64,000 bases of DNA, taken from assembly GCA_963748215.1 (NCBI GenBank), contig CAVVHS010000008.1, positions 448,001-512,000 of the forward strand. Direction: 5' to 3'. Numbering within the stretch: position 1 is the stretch's first letter; each line of letters starts with the position of its first letter. Source of the DNA: an uncultured Gammaproteobacteria bacterium. GTDB lineage: Bacteria > Pseudomonadota > Gammaproteobacteria > UBA9214. The notes under the pieces are model-generated. The model saw only the letters and a program-made list of their open reading frames with translations, had not been told where the DNA came from and searched no databases. Positions 10,278 to 20,314 of this stretch are shown piece by piece. Both the position numbers and the translations under genes were made by a program.

Positions 10278-11261
10278 ATGGGCAAACCGGTCATTCTTGT
10301 CGTCGGCGGTGCCGGTTATATCGGTTCACACATGGTGCTCGACCTGCTGCGTGCCGATTACCCGGTGGTCACGCTCGACAACCTGTCGCGGGGTCACCGG
10401 GAACTGCTACCCGGCGGTGACTTCGTCGAGGGCGATCTCGGCAATCCCGCGGACCTGCAGCGGGTCTTCGCCGACTATCCGGTCAGGGCGGTGATGCACT
10501 TCGCTGCCCATTCACAGGTCGGCGAGTCAGTCGAACAGCCGCTCATGTATTACCGCAACAACGTGGCCAATACCATTGGCCTGCTGGAGGCCATGCAGGC
10601 GGCCGATGTCAAACATTTCATCTTTTCCTCGACGGCTGCGGTGTACGGCGAACCCGAGCGGGTGCCTATCACCGAGGAGCATCCGCGCAACCCGACCAAC
10701 CCGTACGGTGCCACCAAGCTCGCAGTGGAGCGCCTGCTGGCGGACCTGAGTCCGGCCAGCGGCCTGACCTGGAGCGTGTTGCGCTACTTCAACGCGGCCG
10801 GTGCCGATGCCTCGGGCAGGATCGGCGAGCGCCACGAGCCGGAAACGCACCTCATCCCGCTGGTGCTGCAGGTCGCCACCGGCCAACGCGACGGCATCCG
10901 CATCTTCGGCGATGACTATCCCACACCCGACGGCACCTGCCTGCGCGATTACGTGCATGTCTCGGACCTCACCCGGGCCCACCTGCTGGCGCTGGAGGCG
11001 TTGCTTAACGGCGGCGGGAACTCGACCTACAACCTGGGCAACAGCACCGGCTACTCGGTCAGACAGGTCATCGAGGCCGCGCGTTCTATCACCGGGCACC
11101 CGATACCGGCCGACACTGCACCGCGACGCGCCGGCGATCCGGCCGTGCTGGTCGCAGACTCCAGCCGCATCCGCGCGCAGCTGGGCTGGCAACCCGCCTA
11201 CGAGGACATCGATGCCATTATTCGCACGGCATGGGCGTGGCACCAGCGCGAGGCTGGTTGA
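10278..11261 (+). CDS. galE: UDP-glucose 4-epimerase
   Basis: GGAGYIGSH, HFAA..VGESV, FSSTAAVYG, YGATK, LRYFNAAGA, TPDGTCLRDYVHV. Confidence 0.95.
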   Translation: MGKPVILVVGGAGYIGSHMVLDLLRADYPVVTLDNLSRGHRELLPGGDFVEGDLGNPADLQRVFADYPVRAVMHFAAHSQVGESVEQPLMYYRNNVANTIGLLEAMQAADVKHFIFSSTAAVYGEPERVPITEEHPRNPTNPYGATKLAVERLLADLSPASGLTWSVLRYFNAAGADASGRIGERHEPETHLIPLVLQVATGQRDGIRIFGDDYPTPDGTCLRDYVHVSDLTRAHLLALEALLNGGGNSTYNLGNSTGYSVRQVIEAARSITGHPIPADTAPRRAGDPAVLVADSSRIRAQLGWQPAYEDIDAIIRTAWAWHQREAG

Positions 11262-11264
11262 GAC

Positions 11265-11681
11265 ATGGCATCTCTCCCATTGCTGAGCCGCCTGTTCCTG
11301 GTCCTGACGATCGGCTGGGCCGCGCTGATCTACTACCTCTCGGACCAGCCGGGTATCGACCTCCCCTCGCTGTTTCCGCAGCAGGACAAGTTCCTGCACC
11401 TGGTCGCCTACGGTATGCTGGGATTTTTTGCCATGGGTTCCTGCATGGCTGGCCGCTGCCGTCGCCGTGCCGCACACTACTGGGTGGTCGTATCGCTGGT
11501 CGGCCTGTACGGCGTACTCGATGAAATCCACCAGTATTTCGTGCCCGGCCGCCATTCCGACGTGCTCGACGTACTGGCAGATGTCAGCGGCGGCATGCTC
11601 GGCGCCGGCCTGATGTTCCTGCTGCTGCGCAGATACGCAACGGTCACCACACCGGAAGTACAAACCCAAGCACGGCCGTAA
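11265..11681 (+). CDS. VanZ-like family membrane protein
   Basis: DKFLHLVAYGMLG, YGVLDEIHQYFVPGRHSDVLDVLAD. Confidence 0.9.
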   Translation: MASLPLLSRLFLVLTIGWAALIYYLSDQPGIDLPSLFPQQDKFLHLVAYGMLGFFAMGSCMAGRCRRRAAHYWVVVSLVGLYGVLDEIHQYFVPGRHSDVLDVLADVSGGMLGAGLMFLLLRRYATVTTPEVQTQARP

Positions 11682-11760
11682 TAATCCAATCTCGCGCAAA
11701 GCACAGATCGCCACAGAGCGCACACGGCTGAATCCTGTCTTTCAGGCACAGGATATGCGT

Positions 11761-12023
11761 GCAGGAGCGGATTCCATTCGCGATCTTTTCTAAACACCCC
11801 ATCGCGCGATGTACAGGGAGAAGGTGAGACCATTTTTACGGGCATAGCCCGGGTCGAGAGGCTGGCCTGGGCCATGTGCGGGAACGGCCATGAGATGCGC
11901 TTATCATCCCAATAGACGGTGTAGGGTGCACTCCGTGCACCATTCCCGGTGCGTAAAACGCACCCTACGCCCGGGTTTTATTTTTCCGTGGATTCCGCGG
12001 CCATTCTTTTCTCACGTCTCACG
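11761..12023. repeat. Composite REP cluster: REP-B doublet with an 82-bp insert, REP-A doublet, CCGTG motifs, TCACGTC heptamers
   Basis: GTAGGGTGCACTCCGTGCACC (11921) followed by the inverted GGTGCGTAAAACGCACCCTAC (11948); insert at 11808-11889. Confidence 0.75.
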
Positions 12024-12092
12024 ATATACGTGTTATAGCCGAGTTGTTCCGTGTACTTCTGTGGCCGTTTTTTACATCGGGCCCGCGTGCGC

Positions 12093-12908
12093 CTACAGGT
12101 ACTGCGACCAGTTGCGACTGGCGTCGCCGAATACCAGGAAGAACGGATTGAGCATCGAGTCCTTGGTGTTGTAGCGCAGCGGTTGCATATGGGTATCCGT
12201 TACCTGCCCGCCGGCCTGCTCGACGACGCACTGGGCCGCAGCCGTATCCCACTCCGACGTGGGCCCGAGTCGCGGGTAGATGTCGGCAATGCCCTCGGCA
12301 ACCAGGCACAGTTTCAGTGAACTGCCCATGCCGACCATTTCATGCTCGCCGATTTTTTCCAGGAATGCGCTCAGCGAGCTGCCGCGATGCGAGCGGCTGC
12401 CAACCACCATCACCGGGCCGCCATCCAGCTTGCGTACGTGGATCGATTCCGGCCTGTCGCCCCCGACCTGCTTGAAGGACCCGCGCCCGCGGCAGGCACT
12501 GTAGCTGATACCGGTGACCGGCACATGCACCACCCCCAGCACCGGCACGCCGTCGTCGATGAGCGCGATATTGACCGTGAACTCGCCATTGCGGTTGATG
12601 AACTCGCGCGTACCGTCCAGCGGATCGACCAGCCAGTAGCGCCGCCAGGTGGAACGCTCGGCGTACGGCAGACTGGCCGACTCCTCCGAGAGGATGGCAA
12701 CCTCCGGGGTCAGCCGGCCAAGGCCATCGACGATAGTGTGGTGTGCCGCCAGGTCCGCGGCAGTCAGCGGGGTCCGGTCATCCTTTTCCTGCACCGCATA
12801 ATCGTCGCTGTTGTAGACTTCCAGTATCCGCTCGCCGGCCTGGCGCGCCAGCGCCGTGACCGGGTCGAGCAGGCTGCAGATATCCGCCTTCAGTTCATCG
12901 TTATTCAC
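12093..12908 (-). CDS. cysQ: 3'(2'),5'-bisphosphate nucleotidase
   Basis: PLTAADLAAH, ILSEES, WLVDPLDGTREF, GSRSH, GSSLKLCLVAEG, TSEWDTAAAQ. Confidence 0.95.
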   Translation of the reverse strand: MNNDELKADICSLLDPVTALARQAGERILEVYNSDDYAVQEKDDRTPLTAADLAAHHTIVDGLGRLTPEVAILSEESASLPYAERSTWRRYWLVDPLDGTREFINRNGEFTVNIALIDDGVPVLGVVHVPVTGISYSACRGRGSFKQVGGDRPESIHVRKLDGGPVMVVGSRSHRGSSLSAFLEKIGEHEMVGMGSSLKLCLVAEGIADIYPRLGPTSEWDTAAAQCVVEQAGGQVTDTHMQPLRYNTKDSMLNPFFLVFGDASRNWSQYL

Positions 12909-13035
12909 TGGTATTCCCTGTTATTGGTGATTGCAAAAACCGCTGCCCGGCCACTCGCGACTGGCCGGCACACGAAAACATGACGGGCAAGTATACCCGT
13001 CAATGCGTGCCCGCGCCCCTGACCCACAAAATGGC

Positions 13036-13570
13036 GTAGGGTGCACTTCGTGCACCGTTCCCGGTGCGTAAAACGCACCCTACACCCGCGTTTTTATTTT
13101 CCGTGTTCTTCCGTGGATTCCGTGGCCATTACTGAACTCCCCCATAACCTGACAGGAGGCACTTCGCATCCCGTTCCCGGTGCGTAAAACGCACCCTACA
13201 CTCGGGTTTTTATTTTTCCGTGTTCTTCCGTGGATTCCGTGGCCATTATTTATCGCGCAGGGGATGCGCTCCTACCCCACTGGATGGTGTAGGGGGCACT
13301 CGATGTCCCGTTCCCGGTGCGTAAAACGCACCCTACACTCAGGTTTTATTTTTCCGGGTTCTTCCGTGTGCTTTCTTGGCCATTATTTATCGCGCAGGGG
13401 ATGCGCTCCTACCCTACTGGATGGTGCAGGGGGCACTCGATGTCCCGTTCCCGGTGCGTAGAACGCACCCTACACTCAGGCTTTTTATTTTTCCGTGTTC
13501 TTCCGTGGGTTCCGTGGCCATTCTTTGTCACGTCTCACTTTTTACATTTCACCTTTTACGTTTCACGCGA
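13036..13570. repeat. Tandem composite REP array (4 units, periods 116/137/137 bp) followed by heptamer repeats
   Basis: GGTGCGTA(A/G)AACGCACCCTAC at 13063, 13179, 13316 and 13453, each followed by a TTTTCCGTGTTCTTCCGTGGATTCCGTGGCC-type motif. Confidence 0.85.
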
Positions 13571-13697
13571 TGCAGCTGCCCGCATTCATGATTTCCGTGT
13601 GCTTCCGTGGCTATTCTTCGTTCAACGTTTCACGCGGCAATGCTGACACACGGTCGCGATCTGTTAACATTATCCGCAGTTTTCATTGAAGACAGGC

Positions 13698-14378
13698 ATG
13701 CCCATGATCCCCTGGCAGGAAATCGACAGCGTGTATCTCGACATGGACGGGACACTGCTCGACCTGCATTTCGATAACCATTTCTGGCGCGAACACGTCC
13801 CGCTGCGCTATGCCGAGCGCAACCGGCTCGACCTCGAGTCGGCGAAATCAGAACTGGTCCCGCGATTCCGGCTCAAGGAAGGCACACTGGACTGGTATTG
13901 CGTGGAGTACTGGAGCCGCGAGCTGGGTCTGGACATCGTTGCCCTCAAACGCGAGGTGCATCACCTGATCGCGGTGCACGAGCACGTACCCGAATTTCTC
14001 CGGCGTGTGCGATCATCCGGGCGACGCGTCGTCATGCTGACCAATGCCCATGCCAGGAGCCTGGAACTCAAGATGGAGGTAACCGGCCTGGCCGGCGCAT
14101 TCGATGCGCTGGTGTGCTCGCACGACCTCGGCTATCCGAAGGAAGATCCGCGTTTCTGGCCGGCGCTGGAAAGCCGGGAGCACCTCGCCAGGGAGTCCGC
14201 GCTGTTCATCGACGACAGCCTGTCCGTGCTGCGCACGGCACGTGACTACGGTATCGGCCACCTGCTGGCGATCAGCAAGCCCGACAGCCGCTCGCCGGTC
14301 CGCGATATCGATGAGTTCGTCTCCATCGAGGGTTTCGACGAAATCATGCCAACGGAGAAGGTGAGACGTGAGACGTGA
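13698..14378 (+). CDS. yrfG: HAD-family GMP/IMP nucleotidase
   Basis: IPWQEIDSVYLDMDGTLLDLHFDNHFW, LTNAH, GYPKED..FW, LFIDDS. Confidence 0.9.
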   Translation: MPMIPWQEIDSVYLDMDGTLLDLHFDNHFWREHVPLRYAERNRLDLESAKSELVPRFRLKEGTLDWYCVEYWSRELGLDIVALKREVHHLIAVHEHVPEFLRRVRSSGRRVVMLTNAHARSLELKMEVTGLAGAFDALVCSHDLGYPKEDPRFWPALESREHLARESALFIDDSLSVLRTARDYGIGHLLAISKPDSRSPVRDIDEFVSIEGFDEIMPTEKVRRET

Positions 14379-14890
14379 GACGTGAATAAAATGGCCACGG
14401 AATCCACGGAAGAACACGGAAGAACACGGAAAGATATAAACCAGCGCAGGATGTGCTACAGCGTGAGACGTGAAACGAAGAATAGACGCGGGAAAACATG
14501 GAAATAAATATTGCGCATGGGATGCGTTCCCGCACCACTTGATTAAACAGCGGCATTTGTAGGGTGCACTCTGTGCACCATCCCCGGTGCGTAAAACGCA
14601 CCCTACGACAGCGCCGTTATTTTTCCGTGTTCTTCCGTGGATTCCGTGGCAATTTATTTTTGAACCCCCGAAGCCTGGCAGGAGGCGCTTCGTTCACCTC
14701 TCCGGTGCGTAAAACGCACCCTACGACAGCGCTGTTATTTTTCCGTGTTCTTCCGTGGATTCCGTGGCAATTTATTTTTGAACCCGCCCGAAGCCTGGCA
14801 GGAGGCGCTTCGTTCACCTCTCCGGTGCGTAAAACGCACCCTACGACAGCGCTGTTATTTTTCCGTGTTCTTCCGTGGATTCCGTGGCTA
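14361..14890. repeat. GTGAGAC heptamers, CACGGAA repeats and a 3-unit REP array (periods 118/120 bp)
   Basis: REP cores at 14586, 14704 and 14824; units 2 and 3 nearly identical. Confidence 0.85.
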
Positions 14891-14927
14891 TCAATCTTAT
14901 ATTGATCTGCCACTTGCCCTTCGCGGA

Positions 14928-15365
14928 TCACGCATGCCCCAGCAGGCTATCGCGGCTTGCCGCGTACTTGGGCCAGGTCTTGAAACGTTTCCTGACGTAT
15001 TTCAGCAGGGCGGCATAATCCTCGAAGAATAACTCGAAGCCGCTCTCTGCCGGCTCGTCGAACTCGCAGTAGTCGTTGGTGTACTCGCGGCAGATCAACG
15101 GCCGGTCATCGTAAATACCGCAGCGACCGTCCTTCTGCAGGTGGGTGCAGCTGTTGTTGATCAGCAGGTACCAGCCTTCCTCGTCCTTGTAGGCCTGGAT
15201 GTCCCGGTGCGACAGCTGCCAGAGCATATGATCGAAGTCGTGCATGGAACGCGGCGTCACCAGCTCCTCGGTGATATAGGTACAGCACTTGGAGTTGGTG
15301 CAGAAACCGCACTTGTTGTCGGTCGTGATCTTGACGCCGACCGGGATGTTTTTCGTGTTTTTCAT
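14928..15365 (-). CDS. YkgJ-family cysteine-cluster (CxxCxxCC) protein
   Basis: CGFCTNSKCC..CTHLQKDGRCGIYDDRPLICREY. Confidence 0.88.
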   Translation of the reverse strand: MKNTKNIPVGVKITTDNKCGFCTNSKCCTYITEELVTPRSMHDFDHMLWQLSHRDIQAYKDEEGWYLLINNSCTHLQKDGRCGIYDDRPLICREYTNDYCEFDEPAESGFELFFEDYAALLKYVRKRFKTWPKYAASRDSLLGHA

Positions 15366-15402
15366 AACGACCCGTCAATAGTTGTTGCTGAAAATACTAC
15401 CT

Positions 15403-16055
15403 GCAGGTAGCGGACGCTGTCCGCGAACGATGGTGCCACAACTGTTCGCGCGATGTACAGGGCGAAGGTGAGCCATCATTACGGGCATCGCCCGGTCGAG
15501 AGGCTGGACTGGGCCATGTGCGGGAACGGCCATGAGGTGCGCCCCTGCATCAATAGACGGTGCAGGGCACACTCCATACACCGTTGCCGGTGCGTAAAAC
15601 GCACCCTACGCCTGCATTTATTTTTCCGTGTTCTTCCGTGGATTCCGTGGCCATTATCATCGCGCAAGAGGTGCGCTCCTGCATCAATAGACGGTGCAGG
15701 GCACACTCCATACACCGTTGCCGGTGCGTAAAACGCACCCTACGCCTGCATTTATTTTTCCGTGTTCTTCCGTGGATTCCGTGGCCATTATCATCGCGCA
15801 AGAGGTGCGCTCCTGCATCAATAGACGGTGCAGGGCACACTCCATACACCGTTGCCGGTGCGTAAAACGCACCCTACACCTGCATTTATTTTTCCGTGTT
15901 CTTCCGTGGATTCCGTGGCCATTATCATCGCGCATGAGATGCGCTCCTGCATCAATAGACGGTGCAGGGCGCACTCCATGCACCGTTGTCGGTGCGTAAA
16001 ATGCACCCTACGCCTGCATTTATTTTTCCGTGTAATTCCGTGTGCTTCCGTGGCC
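15403..16055. repeat. Tandem composite REP array, 4 x 134 bp, preceded by a REP carrying an 80-bp insert
   Basis: REP cores at 15589, 15723, 15857 and 15991 (exact 134-bp period); insert at 15452-15531. Confidence 0.9.
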
Positions 16056-16123
16056 ATTCGCTTTCATGCACCCCCAGCCTGGCAGCGTTGTGAAGCGATA
16101 TCTCACGGCCGCTCCTGCACGGC

Positions 16124-17641
16124 CTATTGCGCGGCAAATTCGAAACGGTCGAATACCGGGCTGTCGTAAACACGCCGGCCGGCACGCACGCTGATCTCGC
16201 GACCACCGACATCGATGCTCAGTTGCCGGCCGTACTCGTACATGCCCTTTGCCGCCAGCAGCGTGGCGTTCACGCGCTCTTCCTCGATGGCCGGCATGAA
16301 CAGCGCCGGCAGTGTCCCGGCATCGGGCTGGTCCGGCAGCGTACAGAATACCGCGCCGACACCGCTCGCCAGCAGCTGCACACCGGTTTCCATGCCGCCC
16401 TGCGGATGCACGCGGATCGCGCGGATAATGGCCAACCGCAGCAACGGCTGGTCGCCCTGCGATTCCAGCACACCGAGCAGCTCCCCGACGCGCGCATCGC
16501 CGGCACCGCCCTCTTCCCAAGACAGCTTCATGCCGCTCGCGCTGCTGTCGATCACGCGGCACTGCACGGGTTCGGGTTTGGCAGGCTTGCGGCCGGCAGT
16601 GACCCTGCCGGCCGCGCGCAACAGGTAGGCGTGTATCTGCCCGAGGCCGATCAGCAGACTTATGTAGCGGCCATCTTTCTGGCGCGGTTCGCGCCGGCGA
16701 TCGGCGGACAGGTCTTCCGGCAACAGCCGGCGCAGCACCATGGCCTCCGGACTCTGCATGCGTACCCCGGCGGGCGTTTTGGCCAGTTGCGCGCGTATCG
16801 CCTGCAGGGCCGGATTCGCATCGAGCAGGTAGGCGTCCTGCAGGCTGGCCGGGGAATCGAGCCGGGTGCACGGTACCGGCAGGGCGTCGGCGTGCAGGTC
16901 GACCAGGAACAGGCCTTCACCCGCACCTTCCCAGCTGTTACCGGGCACGATGCGGCATTTGTCGGCATGCCGCAGCAGCACATCGAACAGCAGGCTCGCC
17001 TCGCCTTCCTCCAGGCGCGCCGGGTCCGTCAGCGCCAGCAGCATGACGGCATGATAGTAACCCGCACTCGTGGTCGAAGCGGCGGCGTCCTGCACGACCA
17101 CCCCCAGCAGCCCGAAGCGGCGCGCCAGGCGGTACAGCTGGTGCGTCTCGGCAATCAGCGACGGCTGTGCGGCGCGGTAAAACCGGAAGCCGTCCATCAG
17201 CACCCAGGCCATCTGTTGCAGCGCGCGGTGCAGCGCATGACCCAGCTGCGGGTGCGGCTTGTCCTTGCCGCTGCCGGCATACAGGTCCGCGACGACCAGC
17301 TTGTAGCCATTGGCCTGGCTCATCAGCAGGCGGCCAATGCCGTCGATGGCCTCCTTGCGGCGCACCCGGGCGAGATTCAGCTGACCGAGCTGCAATGGAT
17401 CGACGGTGTGAAACAGCCGCTGTGTCGTGACCCGGTAGGCCTCGAGCAGTACCAGGCGCGCCTCGGCAGCGTGCTTCTGCTCATTGAGCCCGTCCAGCCC
17501 GCCGCGTACCAGGCGCAGTGTTTCGACCACGTCCAGGAGCGGCAGGTCATCCAGCCATTCGCGCAGGCGCACGACGTCCGTCTCCACGGTCGGATCCGTG
17601 TAGCCATGCTGTACCGGCAGGGAAAGCTTCAAGGGTTCCAT
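16124..17641 (-). CDS. FimW-like protein with a PilZ-type c-di-GMP-binding signature
   Basis: Helical N-terminus (LREWLDDLPLLD..LN); RxxxR (RREPR) followed by DxSxxG (DSSASG); beta-rich C-terminus. Confidence 0.65.
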   Translation of the reverse strand: MEPLKLSLPVQHGYTDPTVETDVVRLREWLDDLPLLDVVETLRLVRGGLDGLNEQKHAAEARLVLLEAYRVTTQRLFHTVDPLQLGQLNLARVRRKEAIDGIGRLLMSQANGYKLVVADLYAGSGKDKPHPQLGHALHRALQQMAWVLMDGFRFYRAAQPSLIAETHQLYRLARRFGLLGVVVQDAAASTTSAGYYHAVMLLALTDPARLEEGEASLLFDVLLRHADKCRIVPGNSWEGAGEGLFLVDLHADALPVPCTRLDSPASLQDAYLLDANPALQAIRAQLAKTPAGVRMQSPEAMVLRRLLPEDLSADRRREPRQKDGRYISLLIGLGQIHAYLLRAAGRVTAGRKPAKPEPVQCRVIDSSASGMKLSWEEGGAGDARVGELLGVLESQGDQPLLRLAIIRAIRVHPQGGMETGVQLLASGVGAVFCTLPDQPDAGTLPALFMPAIEEERVNATLLAAKGMYEYGRQLSIDVGGREISVRAGRRVYDSPVFDRFEFAAQ

Positions 17642-17789
17642 CGCGTAACTGCCGATCGCGCCGGGCTAGCCCGCATATCTCACCGGAATAGGCACCGCCC
17701 GAAGACTCGCTGTTTGTTGCTGAATGGGCATCACTTCCATGATTTCAATTCAATATGTCCGTCAATCGCCGCCCGGTGAGAGATGCGGG

Positions 17790-18536
17790 CTACAGCCGGC
17801 CCGTGGTATTGATCAGGAATGTACCATCCGGACGCGCTGGCACCATCGCCTCCAGCAGGCCGCGGGTGTCGGTATCGAGCCCGGGGCCGGGGGCAAGCAG
17901 CAGCTGTACCGTATAGCGGCCATCGGGTGTGAGCGTGATGTCACCGGACGCGCCCAGCGTGCCGCCACGGATGATGCGCGTGACCACGTCCTGGCCCTTG
18001 TTTTCGATGGCGCACTGGATATCCCCCAGCGGCAGTGGCAGGGGTGCCAGCAGCGCCGCCGCCTGCCAGTCGAACAGGCCGTTGACGTCCTGTGCCCGCC
18101 TGTCGCGCAGCACGATACTGTCCAGCTGCAGTGTCAGCTGCCCGGAACTGGAAACCGCAATCGGTGAAAAGGTGCTGAGCAGGCGATCCGGTTGCAGTTG
18201 CAGGTCGACATCACGTCCGACAATTGTGCCATTCGGGGCAATGCCGATGCTGGCATGGCCCCGATGCTCGGGATGCTGCAGGTCGAGGCGATACTCCAGC
18301 CGGCCGCGCAGCAGTCCCGCGGGACTGAAACGCCAGCCTACCGGGCCGAGCTCGTTGCCCTGGTAGTCCAGGCGCCCGGCCTGCCCGGAAAACAGCGACC
18401 CGGTCACGGCCTGGATCGACAGTCCGTCGACCTGGCGCCCGATGGCACCGGTCAGGCGTTCGACCGGAAAGGTCAGCAGCAGGATCGGCAGGTAGATGGC
18501 AATACCGATCGCGATATAGCGCCAGGCACGCCTCAC
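17790..18536 (-). CDS. gspN: Type II secretion system protein N
   Basis: GTG start overlaps the gspM TGA; N-terminal TM, VTGSLFSGQA, WRFSPAGLLRG; last gene of the gsp run. Confidence 0.85.
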   Translation of the reverse strand: MRRAWRYIAIGIAIYLPILLLTFPVERLTGAIGRQVDGLSIQAVTGSLFSGQAGRLDYQGNELGPVGWRFSPAGLLRGRLEYRLDLQHPEHRGHASIGIAPNGTIVGRDVDLQLQPDRLLSTFSPIAVSSSGQLTLQLDSIVLRDRRAQDVNGLFDWQAAALLAPLPLPLGDIQCAIENKGQDVVTRIIRGGTLGASGDITLTPDGRYTVQLLLAPGPGLDTDTRGLLEAMVPARPDGTFLINTTGRL

Positions 18537-19024
18537 AACCCGGGAGCCTGCAGGGTCAGCCGGGCATTCACCCTGCCTGCCGCATCGCCGACACGCTCCA
18601 TGCTGACCGTGTCGGCGTTGACACCGTAACGTTCGGCCAGGCTGCCGAGCCACTGGATCAGCTGATCGAACGATGCGTTCTCCAGCCAGACCCTGACACT
18701 GTTGGCGCCTTCCGGCTCGACCCGCTTCAGGGCACTGGCCAGCCCGCCGGCGCGGGCGGTGCTGTCGGCCAGCGACAGCAGGGACTGTCCGCGCAGGCCC
18801 TGACCTCCTGCACCGCTGCCCTTGAGCTGTGCCAGCAGTTGCGCGCTTTCCTGCATCCACACAGCGGTGTCGCGCTGCCCGGCGACATTATCCCGCAGCT
18901 CGAGATAACCGCCGCGCAGCGGCGACCAGATCACGGCATAGACGATCAGCAACGCGACCAGCGCGGCGGCGGCCATGACCATCAGCCGTTCGCGCGGGGC
19001 GAGACTCTCCAGCCAGGCCTTCAT
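18533..19024 (-). CDS. gspM: Type II secretion system protein M
   Basis: MKAWLESLAPRERLMV + TM; VRVWLENASFDQLIQWL. Confidence 0.92.
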   Translation of the reverse strand: MKAWLESLAPRERLMVMAAAALVALLIVYAVIWSPLRGGYLELRDNVAGQRDTAVWMQESAQLLAQLKGSGAGGQGLRGQSLLSLADSTARAGGLASALKRVEPEGANSVRVWLENASFDQLIQWLGSLAERYGVNADTVSMERVGDAAGRVNARLTLQAPGL

Positions 19025-20232
19025 GTTCCCATCCCCTGGATACGCAGGCGGCTTTGCACGCGCTGGTCGGCACCGGTGGTGGCAGACTGGATTTCTACTT
19101 CCAGCCCGCCACTGCCGGCGAGCGCCTGCTTGAGCTGGTCGAGCGACTGCAGGTTGGGAATCTTCAGGTCAAGGTCGAGCCGGCCGGCACGAAAACTGAT
19201 CCCGCCCAGCTCGACGCCCTGCACGTCCTTCAGGATCGATCCGGTCTTGCCCAGCAGGGTCAGGAAATCCGCACCCGCGTTACTGCTACGCTGCAGCCGG
19301 TCGAGTTGCTGCTGCATCTGCACGCGCGGATTGACTACCCGCTGGGTGCCGGGCATCGCGGTACGGAAGGTTTGTTCGATCTGCGCCTGCAGCTGCTCGC
19401 TCTCGCCGCTGAGCCGGTAGTAGTCGACGCCCATCGCGAGGAGACTGATCAGGATACCGGCCAGCAGCAGGGCCGCGGTGGTAAGCCACGGTTTCCACAC
19501 GCGTGACCAGTCGCCCGACCGGCTGTAGGCGCCCTGCAGCAGGTTGATCGAACGGCTGTCCAGTCCCTGCGCGAAAATGACCAGTGGGTCGTCGCTGTAG
19601 TATTCCTCGATGACCTCACCCGGGTAGTTATCGACCACCGGCGGCTGGATATCCGGACGCACGATCAGGCGTACCGGCGCGGCAACCTCGTCCTGCTGCA
19701 TGGTGAGCATGGTATCCAGGTTCTCGCCATCGACGGCGAAACCACTGGCCGGGCCATTCCTGACCAGTACGATATCATCGATGACAAACGCGCTGATTTC
19801 GTTCTCGACCTGCGGTACCGCCAGCACCTCGGGGACCACCTGCTGAACATCCATCGCGGTGGTATCGAGCGCGGCGATCAGCCGGTCCATGTATTCGCGG
19901 TTAATGACGGCGACCGACCAGTTGCCGTCCGCCTCCGCCTCGCCCAGCGCGAAGTGCAGCTGCTCGACCTCGTCGGACAGCTGTTCTTCGAGTGCATAGG
20001 GAACGGCACGCAACAGTTTCTGCCGGTTGCGTCCGGGGATGTGCACGGTGGTCAGCAGGCAGTCGACGCCGGGCACCAGCACGACCACACGCAGACCCTC
20101 CGCCTCTTGCGCGGCGTCCGCAATCGGTCCGGCCTGTATGCCAGTCTGCAGGATGCCGTTGACGTCCATCCGCAGCCAGCGCCAGCTGTCGCCGGTAATG
20201 GAATCCGCTCTCAGCAGCAGTGTGTCACGCAT
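19021..20232 (-). CDS. gspL: Type II secretion system protein L
   Basis: VVLVPG, AVPYALEEQL..LHFA, INLLQGAY, TM, VVNPRVQMQQQL. Confidence 0.93.
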   Translation of the reverse strand: MRDTLLLRADSITGDSWRWLRMDVNGILQTGIQAGPIADAAQEAEGLRVVVLVPGVDCLLTTVHIPGRNRQKLLRAVPYALEEQLSDEVEQLHFALGEAEADGNWSVAVINREYMDRLIAALDTTAMDVQQVVPEVLAVPQVENEISAFVIDDIVLVRNGPASGFAVDGENLDTMLTMQQDEVAAPVRLIVRPDIQPPVVDNYPGEVIEEYYSDDPLVIFAQGLDSRSINLLQGAYSRSGDWSRVWKPWLTTAALLLAGILISLLAMGVDYYRLSGESEQLQAQIEQTFRTAMPGTQRVVNPRVQMQQQLDRLQRSSNAGADFLTLLGKTGSILKDVQGVELGGISFRAGRLDLDLKIPNLQSLDQLKQALAGSGGLEVEIQSATTGADQRVQSRLRIQGMGT

Positions 20233-20314
20233 TCACGGCCCTTTCGTCGATTGTGGCGGGTATCCTAGCAGAAATGCGCAGGAAAATACGGGATAACATT
20301 GCAGAAACATTGTG

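Noticed and set aside
13036-16055. CRISPR-like or guide-RNA array interpretation of the periodic repeats
   Set aside because: Periods are 116-137 bp, the between-repeat segments are near-identical within each array rather than unique spacers, the cores are GTAG REPs, and no cas-like genes were recognised.
13180-16212. Many short ORFs of the type MRKTHPT..FFRVLPWIPWP (also 27782-28228 and the N-terminal extension of the hemL ORF from 26189)
   Set aside because: They are translations of the repeat units in several frames and on both strands, with no protein-family signal.
16127-17779. Long antisense ORFs (e.g. 16127..17779, 328..1464, 26522..27715, 30920..32128)
   Set aside because: Shadow frames of real GC-rich genes on the opposite strand.
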